Assembly (NCBI GenBank): GCA_016866875.1
Contig: VGKY01000002.1
Span: 31,688 to 95,687, forward strand
From: Candidatus Peribacteria bacterium
GTDB taxonomy: Bacteria; Patescibacteriota; Gracilibacteria; Peribacterales; Peribacteraceae
DNA: 64,000 bases
Reading direction: 5' to 3'
Below are positions 50,083-59,656 of this stretch, in pieces; the first letter of the stretch is position 1, and each line of letters begins with the position of its first letter. The position numbers and the translations under genes are program-made. Under the pieces are notes generated by a model. The model worked only from the letters and a program-made list of their open reading frames with translations. It had not been told where the DNA came from and did not search any database.

Positions 50083-50114
50083 GTCCCAGTCCCTGAGATG
50101 ATCGGAGCGCTTTT

Positions 50115-51005
50115 CTAGGCAGTTTTTTCCTTCCTCGCGGCTATCCTCCTCTCCTGGAAACCCGCTGATCCTTTCACGCTATGGCATTGATCTGTCGGCT
50201 TGCGCACGATGCGCTTGATGTTGGAGAGGATACGATCCACGCGCTCTCGCAGAGCTCTTCTGGCACTCCGTACATCGGATTGATCGAGCATTTCATGGCT
50301 ACGCATCTTCGGGGCGAGCACGCGCCACACCGTATCGCGGAGGCAACCCATGTACACGTCACCGACGCGGAAGCGTTCCTCAAGAACGTTAATGGCAATG
50401 CACATGAGGTACTCCTTCTGCTGCTGCTGAGAAAACTTCCTAATGCAATCCTCGGGGATGCAATCTTGGAGGCGCGTGTCGCGAGCTTCCATCTGCCCGT
50501 GGCCATTGCCGTTCTGACCATCATCCGCATTGGCGGCGATCGCCTCCTCCTGGTTGTAAGGAATCGCATCCAGAGGCGCATCCGCGACAGTAGCGTCTGT
50601 ATCCCCATGCAAGCGCTCAGTCGATGACGAGGCAGCGGGAGTTTTCGGGCGACGACGCGCCGGCACTTGACGAGGTTGAGGGGGTGGGAACTCGGAGAGC
50701 ACCCCCGTGCTAATGAGTACGCGTCGAAGCCCCTGCGTGACCTGCTCTGCAATATCATCCGGGGGAAGGACGCGGTGGTTGAAGGTCTCAAGGACGCATG
50801 CGACCTCAGTCATCAGGAGTTCTTTGTGATCAGGCGCAAGTCGAAAAGCATCGCGGATCGCTCCGGCAACGTGGGCATTTGCGAAATAGAGCTGTCCATT
50901 CTTAAGCCACTGCGGAGGGTAGTGCTCTGGGAGAATCTCGTGCCAGCGGCTGCCCCACTGGACATCGTCTCCGAGATCCATTGCCGGAGCATTGCGCGTT
51001 TCCAT
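50115..51005 (-). CDS. hypothetical protein
   Basis: About 296-aa ORF filling the gap; no motif recognised. Confidence 0.55.
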   Translation of the reverse strand: METRNAPAMDLGDDVQWGSRWHEILPEHYPPQWLKNGQLYFANAHVAGAIRDAFRLAPDHKELLMTEVACVLETFNHRVLPPDDIAEQVTQGLRRVLISTGVLSEFPPPQPRQVPARRRPKTPAASSSTERLHGDTDATVADAPLDAIPYNQEEAIAANADDGQNGNGHGQMEARDTRLQDCIPEDCIRKFSQQQQKEYLMCIAINVLEERFRVGDVYMGCLRDTVWRVLAPKMRSHEMLDQSDVRSARRALRERVDRILSNIKRIVRKPTDQCHSVKGSAGFQERRIAARKEKTA

Positions 51006-51202
51006 GTCAATGCATTGTGCTGAAAATCCACAGGATTTCAAGTGTACTCGGCGCGAATATCACGCTTGCGGCGAAGAAAATCCTCTGTAGAATTCTTGCG
51101 TGGAGGATCACTTCCCTTCCGTTTCGACGCTCCGGACACCCGTCCGCAGGGTCTTCTTGAGCGTGCCTACAACCTACGCCCTACCCCCAACGCCCTAAGT
51201 CC

Positions 51203-52714
51203 ATGTGCGGCATCATTGCTGTCTCCGGCTTCCGCGACGTCATCCAAGATCTCTATGACGGTCTCATCGTCCTCCAACACCGCGGACAGGACGCCGCGGG
51301 CATCGTCACCTGTAACGACCAGTTCCATCTCAAGAAGAGCAATGGCATGGTCCGCGACGTCTTCCATGCCAAGTCCCTGCAGCGTCTTCAAGGCCCCATG
51401 GGCATAGGGCACGTGCGCTACCCGACCGCAGGTTGCAGCAGTGAGTTTGAGGCACAGCCCTTCTTCATCTCCACACCCTTCGGCATCGCCCTTGCCCACA
51501 ACGGCAACCTCACCAATGCTGCAGACCTCCGAAGAAGACTGATGGAGAAGGAGTACCACCACCTCAATACCAATTCGGATTCTGAAGTCCTTCTCAACGT
51601 CTTTGCCGTAGGACTCAGACACCAGCATCCAAAGAAACTGACGCCCGACCATGTCTTCGGCGCGGTGAAAACGGTCATGGGAAAGTGCAAGGGTGCGTAC
51701 TCGGCAGTTGCGCTCATCGGAGGCCAGGGCATCCTCGGTTTCCGCGATCCACACGGCATCCGCCCGCTGCAGCTAGGCAAGCGTCGCTACGGCATGAAGG
51801 AGGAGTACATGATCACCTCGGAGAATACGGTCTTCCACGCTCTCGACTTCGAATTCGTCCGCGACATCCGCCCCGGAGAAGCGGTTTTCATCGACCACAA
51901 GAACCGACTGCATAGCAGGCAGATCGCGAAGGGTCACTTAAGCCCCTGCATGTTCGAGTGGGTCTACCTCGCGGCACCGGACTCAACAATCGACGGCGTG
52001 AACGTGTACAAGGCCCGCGTGCGCATGGGAGAAGCCCTCGCCCAACAGATCAAGAAAGCAGGCGTGAAGATCGACTCGGTCATTCCCATTCCCGATACCG
52101 GACGCCCAGCCGCTGCCGGCCTCGCGGACAAACTCAAGGTGCGCTACCGAGAAGGGTTTGTGAAGAACCGCTACATCGGGCGAACCTTCATCATGCCAGG
52201 GCAATCCATGCGTAAGCGTTCCCTAAAGTTCAAGCTGCACCCCATCGACCTCGAGTTTAAAAACCAGAATGTCCTCCTTGTGGACGACTCCATCGTGAGA
52301 GGCAATACCAGCAAGAAGATCGTCGAGATCGCGCGCGAAGCGGGAGCCAAAAAAGTCTACTTCGCCTCGGCATCCCCACCGATCATCAGTCCAGATCCCT
52401 ACGGCATCGATCTCCCGACGACAAACGAGCTCATCGCTGCCAACATGAGCATCGAGCAAATTCGCAAGTACATCGGAGCTGACGGTCTCTTCTATAACTC
52501 CATCGAAGACATTCGTTCTGCCGTCCGGTATGGAAACCCGCAGATCAAGAAATTCTCCGAGGGCTGCTTCACCGGAAAGTATCCGACTCCCGAAGTAAGT
52601 AAGAAGCTCCTCAGAGATCTCGGCTCTGGCCGCAATGAGACGCGCGAAGCTTTCGATGCAGAGCAGATGGCTGAGGACAATAGTGGGGATCAGAAGATGA
52701 TGGCGTTGGTGTAA
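51203..52714 (+). CDS. purF: amidophosphoribosyltransferase
   Basis: MCGI, QHRGQD, GHVRYPT, HNGN, VDDSIVRGNT. Confidence 0.98.
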   Translation: MCGIIAVSGFRDVIQDLYDGLIVLQHRGQDAAGIVTCNDQFHLKKSNGMVRDVFHAKSLQRLQGPMGIGHVRYPTAGCSSEFEAQPFFISTPFGIALAHNGNLTNAADLRRRLMEKEYHHLNTNSDSEVLLNVFAVGLRHQHPKKLTPDHVFGAVKTVMGKCKGAYSAVALIGGQGILGFRDPHGIRPLQLGKRRYGMKEEYMITSENTVFHALDFEFVRDIRPGEAVFIDHKNRLHSRQIAKGHLSPCMFEWVYLAAPDSTIDGVNVYKARVRMGEALAQQIKKAGVKIDSVIPIPDTGRPAAAGLADKLKVRYREGFVKNRYIGRTFIMPGQSMRKRSLKFKLHPIDLEFKNQNVLLVDDSIVRGNTSKKIVEIAREAGAKKVYFASASPPIISPDPYGIDLPTTNELIAANMSIEQIRKYIGADGLFYNSIEDIRSAVRYGNPQIKKFSEGCFTGKYPTPEVSKKLLRDLGSGRNETREAFDAEQMAEDNSGDQKMMALV

Positions 52715-52800
52715 GGATAAAAGGACGAAGAAGGCGAAGGGGACTCAAAAGACAGAGAAGACATGCTATCCTTGGATTACCTTTCATCATTGTCCGTTCC

Positions 52801-54126
52801 ATGAAGATTCTCCTCGTTTCCTCCTCCGCTCGTGGGCACGCCATCGCCGAGGCGCTCATGCGCAGTCGCCATAAGCCCCGTCTCGTCGCACTCAGTCCCA
52901 ATGACAACGTGGGGATCGCAAAAATCGCGGAGTATCACCAAGCGGTCGACATCATGGATTTTTCAAAGGTGCTCAGTATCGCTCAGGAGCACAAGCCGGA
53001 CTTTGCCCTCATCGGACCCGATGATCCGATTGGCGGGGGTCTTGCTGATGCGCTCGAAGAGATCGGCATACCCTGCATCGCGCCGAGGAAATCCCTTGCA
53101 CGCATCGAGAGCTCGAAGGCATTTGCGAGAGAGTTGATGCACAAGAACGGCATCGAGTCGTATCCTAAGTTTATGGCTTTCCAAAGGGCTGACCCCGAAT
53201 TGATGAATGCATTCGTCGAGAGGTGCGATGGTGAATTCGTCGTGAAGTACGACGCTCTCAAGGGAGGAAAAGGCGTGAAAGTCAGCGGAGAGCATTTTCA
53301 GAAGCGCGAGGAAGGTATTGCCTACGCAGAGGAGTGCATTGCAGAGTGCGGCACCGTCGTTCTCGAGGAAAAACTCGTTGGCGTAGAGTTCAGTCTCATG
53401 AGTTTTGTCTCGGGAACATCCGTCGTCGATATGCCTGCTGTGCAAGATCACAAGAGAGCCTACGAGGGAGATACAGGACCCAATACAGGGGGCATGGGAA
53501 CGTACTCCTGCGTAGATCATGCACTCCCCTTCCTCACAAATGCCGATCTCGCTGAGGCAAAGAGGATCAATCGCAGCATTGCACAGGCGCTGATCAAAGA
53601 ATGCGGACATCCCTACCGCGGCATCCTGTACGGCGGCTTCATAGCGGTAAGAGATGGAGTACGCGTGATCGAATACAATGCGCGGTTTGGTGATCCGGAG
53701 GCACTCAACGTACTACCGATCCTTGAGTCGGACTTTGTAGATCTCTGCCTTGGGATGATCGAAGGCTCGATCGATGATGGGATGGCGCGCTTCCAAAAGA
53801 AGGCAACTGTCTGCAAGTACGTGACGCCAGCAAGCTACCCGAGTGCAAAGCTTGAGGTGGGAAAGCCTATAGATATTCCCAAGGGTGATACTACCAATGC
53901 GCGCGTGTACCTCGGCGATGTTTCACAGGATTCCCACGGAAGACTCCTGCTTGGAGGCTCACGATCTATAGGAGTTGTGGGAATAGGTTCAACCCTAGAG
54001 GAAGCGGAGGAAATTGCGCAAAAAATGTGCTCAGGTATTCAGGGTCCTGTGCGATTTCGTAGAGACATCGGCACGCAAACTCTGATCCAGAAGCGCATCG
54101 ATACCATGCAATCGCTCCGTAACTGA
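52801..54126 (+). CDS. purD: phosphoribosylamine-glycine ligase
   Basis: ESSKAFA, GKGV, QDHKRAYEGDTGPNTGGMG, EYNARFGDPE. Confidence 0.98.
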   Translation: MKILLVSSSARGHAIAEALMRSRHKPRLVALSPNDNVGIAKIAEYHQAVDIMDFSKVLSIAQEHKPDFALIGPDDPIGGGLADALEEIGIPCIAPRKSLARIESSKAFARELMHKNGIESYPKFMAFQRADPELMNAFVERCDGEFVVKYDALKGGKGVKVSGEHFQKREEGIAYAEECIAECGTVVLEEKLVGVEFSLMSFVSGTSVVDMPAVQDHKRAYEGDTGPNTGGMGTYSCVDHALPFLTNADLAEAKRINRSIAQALIKECGHPYRGILYGGFIAVRDGVRVIEYNARFGDPEALNVLPILESDFVDLCLGMIEGSIDDGMARFQKKATVCKYVTPASYPSAKLEVGKPIDIPKGDTTNARVYLGDVSQDSHGRLLLGGSRSIGVVGIGSTLEEAEEIAQKMCSGIQGPVRFRRDIGTQTLIQKRIDTMQSLRN

Positions 54127-54127
54127 C

Positions 54128-54220
54128 GTGAAGCGCATCGATCTCTCGACGGCGCTGATCCCATTTGTCACCTTCACCCTTCGACACGCTCAGGGTGAAC
54201 TACACACTGCGACAGTATGA
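54128..54220 (+). pseudogene. 30-codon relic of the transporter 5' end fused to a repeat half
   Basis: VKRIDLSTALIPFVTFT versus MKKFDLSLALIPFVYFI, then CCCTTCGACACGCTCAGGGTGA; its stop overlaps the transporter ATG. Confidence 0.7.
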
Positions 54221-55530
54221 AGAAGTTCGATCTCTCATTAGCATTAATTCCCTTCGTGTATTTCATCGCGGGAGCATCGAGTCTCGCCGGTGTTGCCACA
54301 ACGTTTTTCTACAAAGACGAGCTAGGTCTGAGCTTAGAGCAGCTCGGGATCCTCGGATCGATTGCGATCATGCCCTGGAGCATCAAGCCTCTCTACGGGC
54401 TGATCTCCGATCGCGTTCCCCTACGGGGACTTCGCAGAAAGCCGTACCTGATATTGAGCGGCATGCTTGGGAGCATCGGTTACCTCTCCCTGGCAACCTG
54501 GGTGAAGGACTTTTCCGGCGTCCTCTTTGCTGAGACTATTTCCGCTCTTGGATTTGCGCTCGCGGATGTGATCGTCGATGGGATCGTAGCGGAGCGAAGC
54601 AAATCGCATGCCGCCGCAGGAAAGCTCCAGAGCATCTGCAGAGCAGCAATCATGTTTGGCGGACTCACCGTTGCCTACGCGTCTGGAGTGCTCACAGAAT
54701 CCATTGGTGCGCGCAGAGTGTTTCTCCTGACGGCAATGCTGCCGCTGCTCACGTCGCTCGTTGCCGTATTTCTCCACGAGTCACCGGCTGATCGAGTGAC
54801 GTGGAACATCCGAGATACATGGAGGAAATTTCGAGAGGCGCTGACGCCCGCGATCCTCTGGTCGGCACTCTTCCTCTTCGTGTGGCGTGCAACCCCCAGT
54901 AGCGGAGGTGCACTTGGGTACTACATGATCGACGAGCTGCACTTTGATCCGGAGTTCTTCGGCAGGCTTTCTGTTCTCAGCAGGCTCATGGGCATCATCG
55001 GCGTGCTGATCTTCCGCAAATGGCTGATCGCTATTCCCATGAAAAAGCTCCTCTTTGGGATCGTACTTGCAAGCGTGATCCTCAGTCTTCCAACCCTTGG
55101 GCTCGTGTACCGATGGTACGAACTCCTCGGCGTCAGCCCCAAGCTCTTTGCCATGGCTGATACGCTGATCTCTGCGCCACTCACCGAGATCGGCTTCCTC
55201 CCGCTCCTCGTGCTCGTCGCACGCGTGTGCCCGAAGGGAGTGGAGGCAACGGTCTTTGCGGTGCTCGCGAGCATCATGAATATCGGACTCGCGCTCAGTG
55301 ACATCGGGGGAGCTGCTCTCGTAAACCTCTTCGATGTACACCAAGCCACAGAGACGCTCGCGGCGAACTACACCCATCTCGACAAAGTGTTGTGGATCGC
55401 GATCCTGAGTAGCTTCCTCCCCCTCCCCCTCCTACCGCTTCTCCCGGAAACGCGAACATCGGAGGAACTGCCGAGGGACATATCCCCCTCGAGAATGGCT
55501 TCTCAAAGCGAGGGGAAGGAGGTTGTGTAG
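54217..55530 (+). CDS. BT1-family folate/biopterin MFS transporter
   Basis: PWSIKPLYGLISD..P..G.RRKPY, DVIVDG.VAE, CPKGVEATVFA.L.S..N. Confidence 0.92.
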   Translation: MKKFDLSLALIPFVYFIAGASSLAGVATTFFYKDELGLSLEQLGILGSIAIMPWSIKPLYGLISDRVPLRGLRRKPYLILSGMLGSIGYLSLATWVKDFSGVLFAETISALGFALADVIVDGIVAERSKSHAAAGKLQSICRAAIMFGGLTVAYASGVLTESIGARRVFLLTAMLPLLTSLVAVFLHESPADRVTWNIRDTWRKFREALTPAILWSALFLFVWRATPSSGGALGYYMIDELHFDPEFFGRLSVLSRLMGIIGVLIFRKWLIAIPMKKLLFGIVLASVILSLPTLGLVYRWYELLGVSPKLFAMADTLISAPLTEIGFLPLLVLVARVCPKGVEATVFAVLASIMNIGLALSDIGGAALVNLFDVHQATETLAANYTHLDKVLWIAILSSFLPLPLLPLLPETRTSEELPRDISPSRMASQSEGKEVV

Positions 55531-55659
55531 GTCAGCCGTAGGACTTGCTTATTTTGTATGTAGTTGTACTATATAATTAAGTCTGAGCCAATTCGGCTGG
55601 GAATTGTGGCGCAGCCGTCCCTCAGACTAGGACGCTGCTCTTTAAATCATGGGGGCATC

Positions 55660-55995
55660 ATGTTACGGGAAATTGCGGGAATTCTGCTTGTCGCCAGCGT
55701 TGTGGCGATCTTCAGCGCGGTGTCTGCAAAAAGAGGTCAGATTGCCGAGAGTCTCTGGGCTGTCGCAGCAATGACGGTCATCACTCTGGGGATTTACTTC
55801 TTTGGCATCGTGTACGACATGTACCGAGTGACCAGTGACCAGGTGATGGGAGCATTGGCTTTCGGGCTCATCATCGCAGGTCTCTGCCTGCACTATGCAC
55901 GATCCCGCAAGTGGAAAATGATCACGGGATCCGTGGCTTGCGGCATTATCGTCGCCCAGGGATTTATCGCGGTCTGTGCTCAGCCATGGCGATAG
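55660..55995 (+). CDS. small 4-TM hypothetical protein
   Basis: Hydrophobic ORF with upstream TATAAT; followed by a hairpin. Confidence 0.6.
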   Translation: MLREIAGILLVASVVAIFSAVSAKRGQIAESLWAVAAMTVITLGIYFFGIVYDMYRVTSDQVMGALAFGLIIAGLCLHYARSRKWKMITGSVACGIIVAQGFIAVCAQPWR

Positions 55996-56011
55996 CGTTC
56001 TTCCACAAAGT

Positions 56012-56042
56012 CCCGGCTCTCCTCTGGAGCCGGGCAATTTTG
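56012..56042. terminator. terminator between convergent genes
   Basis: CCCGGCTC/GAGCCGGG stem with A/T-rich flanks. Confidence 0.6.
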
Positions 56043-56047
56043 ATTGT

Positions 56048-57106
56048 TCACGACTTTGCCTTCATACGCTCAGCGGTATCGGCCTCGCCGAGTGCTGTGA
56101 CAATGTCACCGAGATCGCCATCCATCACTGCCGGGATATTGCTGAAGTTTTCGTTGATGCGGTGATCGGTGATGCGGTCTTGGGGAAAGTTATACGTGCG
56201 GATCTTCTCGCTCCTGTCTCCTGTGCCGATCTGGCTGCTACGGAGATCTCCTCGTTCCTTCGCCTTGCGCTCCTGCTCAGCGGCGTAGAGACGGCTGCGG
56301 AGAAGCGACATCGCATTCATCCTATTTTGGAGCTGCGAGCGCTCCGTCTGGCATGCCACCACTACACCCGTGGGAATGTGCGTGATACGGATCGCAGACT
56401 CGACTTTGTTGACGTTCTGACCTCCTGCGCCACCGCTGCGGAAGGTATCGATCCGCAGATCATTGGGGTTGATGACGATATCGACCTCCTCCACTTCCGG
56501 AAGGATGGCAACGGTGACGGTAGAGGTGTGCACGCGACCCTTGGCTTCCGTCTCGGGGATGCGCTGGACACGGTGCACGCCGGACTCAAACTTCAGTGCC
56601 CCGTACACACCATCACCCGTGATGCGCGCAGTCGCGTTTTTGATTCCACCCGCATCGGCATGGGAACTGTCGACAAGCTCAGACTTCCATCCCTGGTTTT
56701 CGCTGTAGCGAAGGTACATCTTGAGAAGTTCAGCGGCAAAGAGTCCTGCCTCGTCTCCCCCAGCACCCGAGCGCACTTCGAGGATGACGGAACGATCGTC
56801 GTCCGGATCCTTCGGCACCATGCGCTTACGGATTTCCTCTTCAAGGGCAGGCAGGCGCTTCTGGGCATCTGCTGCTTCAGCGAGAGCAATGTCTTTGAGT
56901 TCGGCGTCTCCCTCAAACTCCTCTGCAGATGCGATGGCGCGTAGCGCCGCATCGCGCTCATCGGCAAGCTTCATGATGGGCTCGAGCTCCTTGCGACGCT
57001 TGCTGAGGGCTTTGAGCTTCTGCACATCACTAAACACGGCAGGATCCTCGAGGGACACATTGACCTCTGCAAATTCCTTCCGAAGAGCGACGATGCGTTC
57101 GTCCAT
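56048..57106 (-). CDS. prfA: peptide chain release factor 1
   Basis: GVHRVQRIPETE (PxT), GRVHTST, GAGGQNVNK, RSEKIRTYN. Confidence 0.98.
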   Translation of the reverse strand: MDERIVALRKEFAEVNVSLEDPAVFSDVQKLKALSKRRKELEPIMKLADERDAALRAIASAEEFEGDAELKDIALAEAADAQKRLPALEEEIRKRMVPKDPDDDRSVILEVRSGAGGDEAGLFAAELLKMYLRYSENQGWKSELVDSSHADAGGIKNATARITGDGVYGALKFESGVHRVQRIPETEAKGRVHTSTVTVAILPEVEEVDIVINPNDLRIDTFRSGGAGGQNVNKVESAIRITHIPTGVVVACQTERSQLQNRMNAMSLLRSRLYAAEQERKAKERGDLRSSQIGTGDRSEKIRTYNFPQDRITDHRINENFSNIPAVMDGDLGDIVTALGEADTAERMKAKS

Positions 57107-57204
57107 GGCAATATGATAAAGGAAAACAAGGACGAAGAAGACGAAAAAGACGAAGAGGAATTCCTCTTCGTCCTCGTAGTCCTTTTCGACTTTTTCTTCC
57201 TATC

Positions 57205-58284
57205 CTAAGGCAGATTCATCACTGCCGCGTCAAACGTGTAGCAGTGCTTTCCTGCGGGGTGATCCCAGAATGGCGCGTACTGCTCGCGATTCTCGAAGGA
57301 GAACACCGCACAGACAGAGAAGTGCGTGCGATCGACAACGGAGTAGACGTACGGGGCTCCTGTGCCGTCACTGAGGGGAACGCGCTGGCGCTCACTTCCC
57401 TGAGCGATGTCCTCTAAGGATTTGGGGAGAGACTTGATCGGGCCAGAGGACACCGGTCTGCTCCAGCGATCGGTACCGTGCACGACATCGAGCGTTGCTT
57501 CAGCGATCGTACGAATGTCATTCACGCGCTGAGCGTCGATCTTCCGCAGACGTTCCGTACCGGGTGAGCCCACGAGCACCAGTCCGTAGATAAACGAGGC
57601 GAGGACAGCGACGGTTGTTACCGAACCGTACTTCTTATTGAGAGCACTAAGCGCACCAGGATCGATGCGCAGGGACTGGAAGTAGTAGAGGAACACCGAT
57701 CCGGTCACCACAAACACCACGAGAGCCTTGAGGAAGAACCTCAGCGTGATCTCACCATTGAGCAGCGAGAAGATCAGTGCGATGACGTCTCCCATCAGCA
57801 CAGAGGCCGCGACAAAGAGCGTGAGGTACGTCAGCCACCTGCGCACACCTCCACTGACTTTTTCGGGATGTGCTTTGAGCTCGGAAAGGAGAATCCTTGA
57901 GATCCACACAAAGACCGGATACGCGACGATGATCGCCGAAAGCGACCAGCGAATCGACATGCGGAAACCCTCCTCAGTTGCGTACGGCTCGAGCGCGACA
58001 TCCGGAAGCCAGCGGTTGATGTAGGCGTAGGCAAGGATGAGGAAACTGATGACGACGGCATAGAGTCCTGCAAAGGTAAGTAGATGATAAAAAGCATCAC
58101 GCGCACCTCCAGCATCGGCGGGGATGGGCACGGGCATATCGAGCCCCTGCTCCGCAGTCGCCGCAGCGATGTCTCGCTCCTTCCATCCTGCAGAAAGCAG
58201 AAGCATGCGGATCGTCTGGTGGTCCATGCCTTTCTGACGTGCATGAGCGATGAAAGATTCGAGTGATGAAGAAGATTTAGACAT
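57205..58284 (-). CDS. DUF5671-like membrane protein
   Basis: ARDAFYHLL, VRRWLTYLTLF, GEITLRFFLK, VGSP..ER...D..RV.D, FSVCAVF, HPAG..C. Confidence 0.8.
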   Translation of the reverse strand: MSKSSSSLESFIAHARQKGMDHQTIRMLLLSAGWKERDIAAATAEQGLDMPVPIPADAGGARDAFYHLLTFAGLYAVVISFLILAYAYINRWLPDVALEPYATEEGFRMSIRWSLSAIIVAYPVFVWISRILLSELKAHPEKVSGGVRRWLTYLTLFVAASVLMGDVIALIFSLLNGEITLRFFLKALVVFVVTGSVFLYYFQSLRIDPGALSALNKKYGSVTTVAVLASFIYGLVLVGSPGTERLRKIDAQRVNDIRTIAEATLDVVHGTDRWSRPVSSGPIKSLPKSLEDIAQGSERQRVPLSDGTGAPYVYSVVDRTHFSVCAVFSFENREQYAPFWDHPAGKHCYTFDAAVMNLP

Positions 58285-58456
58285 GGAACCCATTGTAATG
58301 GTTATCCTTACAATGGAAATAGAAAAAGGGGCGTTTGCTCGGTTCTTCGCCTACCGGACAGGTAGGTTTGTTGGTTTGTTTGTTTGTTTGAATAGCATCC
58401 ACGAAAAAATGAAAAAACGTTTTCAGCGACATTCGGAGCATCGTACCATCAAAGCT

Positions 58457-59572
58457 ATGCGCGTACTCGTGGCCCTCTCCGGTGGCATAGATAGCTCCGT
58501 CGTAGCGTATCTGCTCAAAAGAGCAGGCCACGAACTGGTTGCTGTACGCTTTCTCCTCTGGACTGATCCGCTCGCGCCAGCACTAGCCGAGATCCTTCCG
58601 AGCAAGTGCTGCACAACCCAAAATGCCATGCGTGCGCAGAAGGTCGCCGAGACGCTGAGTATCCCCTATCACATCGTCGACCTGAGCGAGGAATTCAAAA
58701 GCAGTGTCGTCGATCCGTACCTCGAGAGTCATAGAAAAGGCCTGACGCCCAATCCCTGTATCGGCTGCAACCGCACGATCAAGTTTGGAAAACTCATCGA
58801 GCTCATGAGGGAGTACGGCTGTGAAAAACTTGCAACGGGACACTACGCGCGCGTTGCGGTTGAGGAATCAGCCTCCGCAGCGGAGGTTCATGAAGCTCCG
58901 CTGCGGAGGTGTCTGCTCCTTGAGGCTGTCGACAAAACCAAAGATCAAAGCTACTACCTCTACGGTCTTTCGCAGGAGCAACTATCCCATTGCTTATTTC
59001 CCCTGGGGGCAATGCAGAAGTCCCAGGTCTATGGTCTCGCCAAAGAATTCGGTGTGCCATTTGATGACATTTCCTACCGGGAGAGCCAGGATCTCTGCTT
59101 CTTTCCCGAGAAGACTCCCGAGGAATTTCTCAAGAGGCACCTCAGCGATGCGCTCAAGCCAGGCCCGATTGTGCGCAGGGACGGCACGGTGATGGGCACT
59201 CACGAGGGACTTGCGCTCTACACCCTGGGGCAGCGCAAAGGTCTCGGAATCGGTGGCCTCAAGATCCCCCTCGAGGTCGTAGAAAAGCGCACTCAGGAAA
59301 ACGCACTCGTCGTTGCCGACCGCGGCAGCGAGCAAGTGAACGACGTGACCATCGGAGACATCGCTTGGGTATCGTGGAAACCCGAGGAATCGCTGGAAGC
59401 ACCCTTCGAGTGCCGTACGCGATCACTCTCCACAAAGCACCGCGGCGTGCTCAGCTACAGTGGTACAAAAGGGGTATTTCGGCTCACTACACCCCTTCCA
59501 CCGCAAAGTCCCGGTCAAGCGCTGGTGCTGTACCGCGGCGAGGAGATCGTCGGAGGGGGCATCATCCAGTGA
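58457..59572 (+). CDS. mnmA: tRNA 2-thiouridylase MnmA
   Basis: ALSGGIDSS, TPNPCIGCN..IKF, ATGHY, KDQSYYL, ESQDLCF, YTLGQRKG, PGQ. Confidence 0.97.
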   Translation: MRVLVALSGGIDSSVVAYLLKRAGHELVAVRFLLWTDPLAPALAEILPSKCCTTQNAMRAQKVAETLSIPYHIVDLSEEFKSSVVDPYLESHRKGLTPNPCIGCNRTIKFGKLIELMREYGCEKLATGHYARVAVEESASAAEVHEAPLRRCLLLEAVDKTKDQSYYLYGLSQEQLSHCLFPLGAMQKSQVYGLAKEFGVPFDDISYRESQDLCFFPEKTPEEFLKRHLSDALKPGPIVRRDGTVMGTHEGLALYTLGQRKGLGIGGLKIPLEVVEKRTQENALVVADRGSEQVNDVTIGDIAWVSWKPEESLEAPFECRTRSLSTKHRGVLSYSGTKGVFRLTTPLPPQSPGQALVLYRGEEIVGGGIIQ

Positions 59573-59656
59573 TATGCGCGTATATAATTGGCATTTCTCA
59601 AAGCCTAGATTCCGGCTTACACTAGTGCATCCCAAGGCATTTTCCTGTATACTTCC

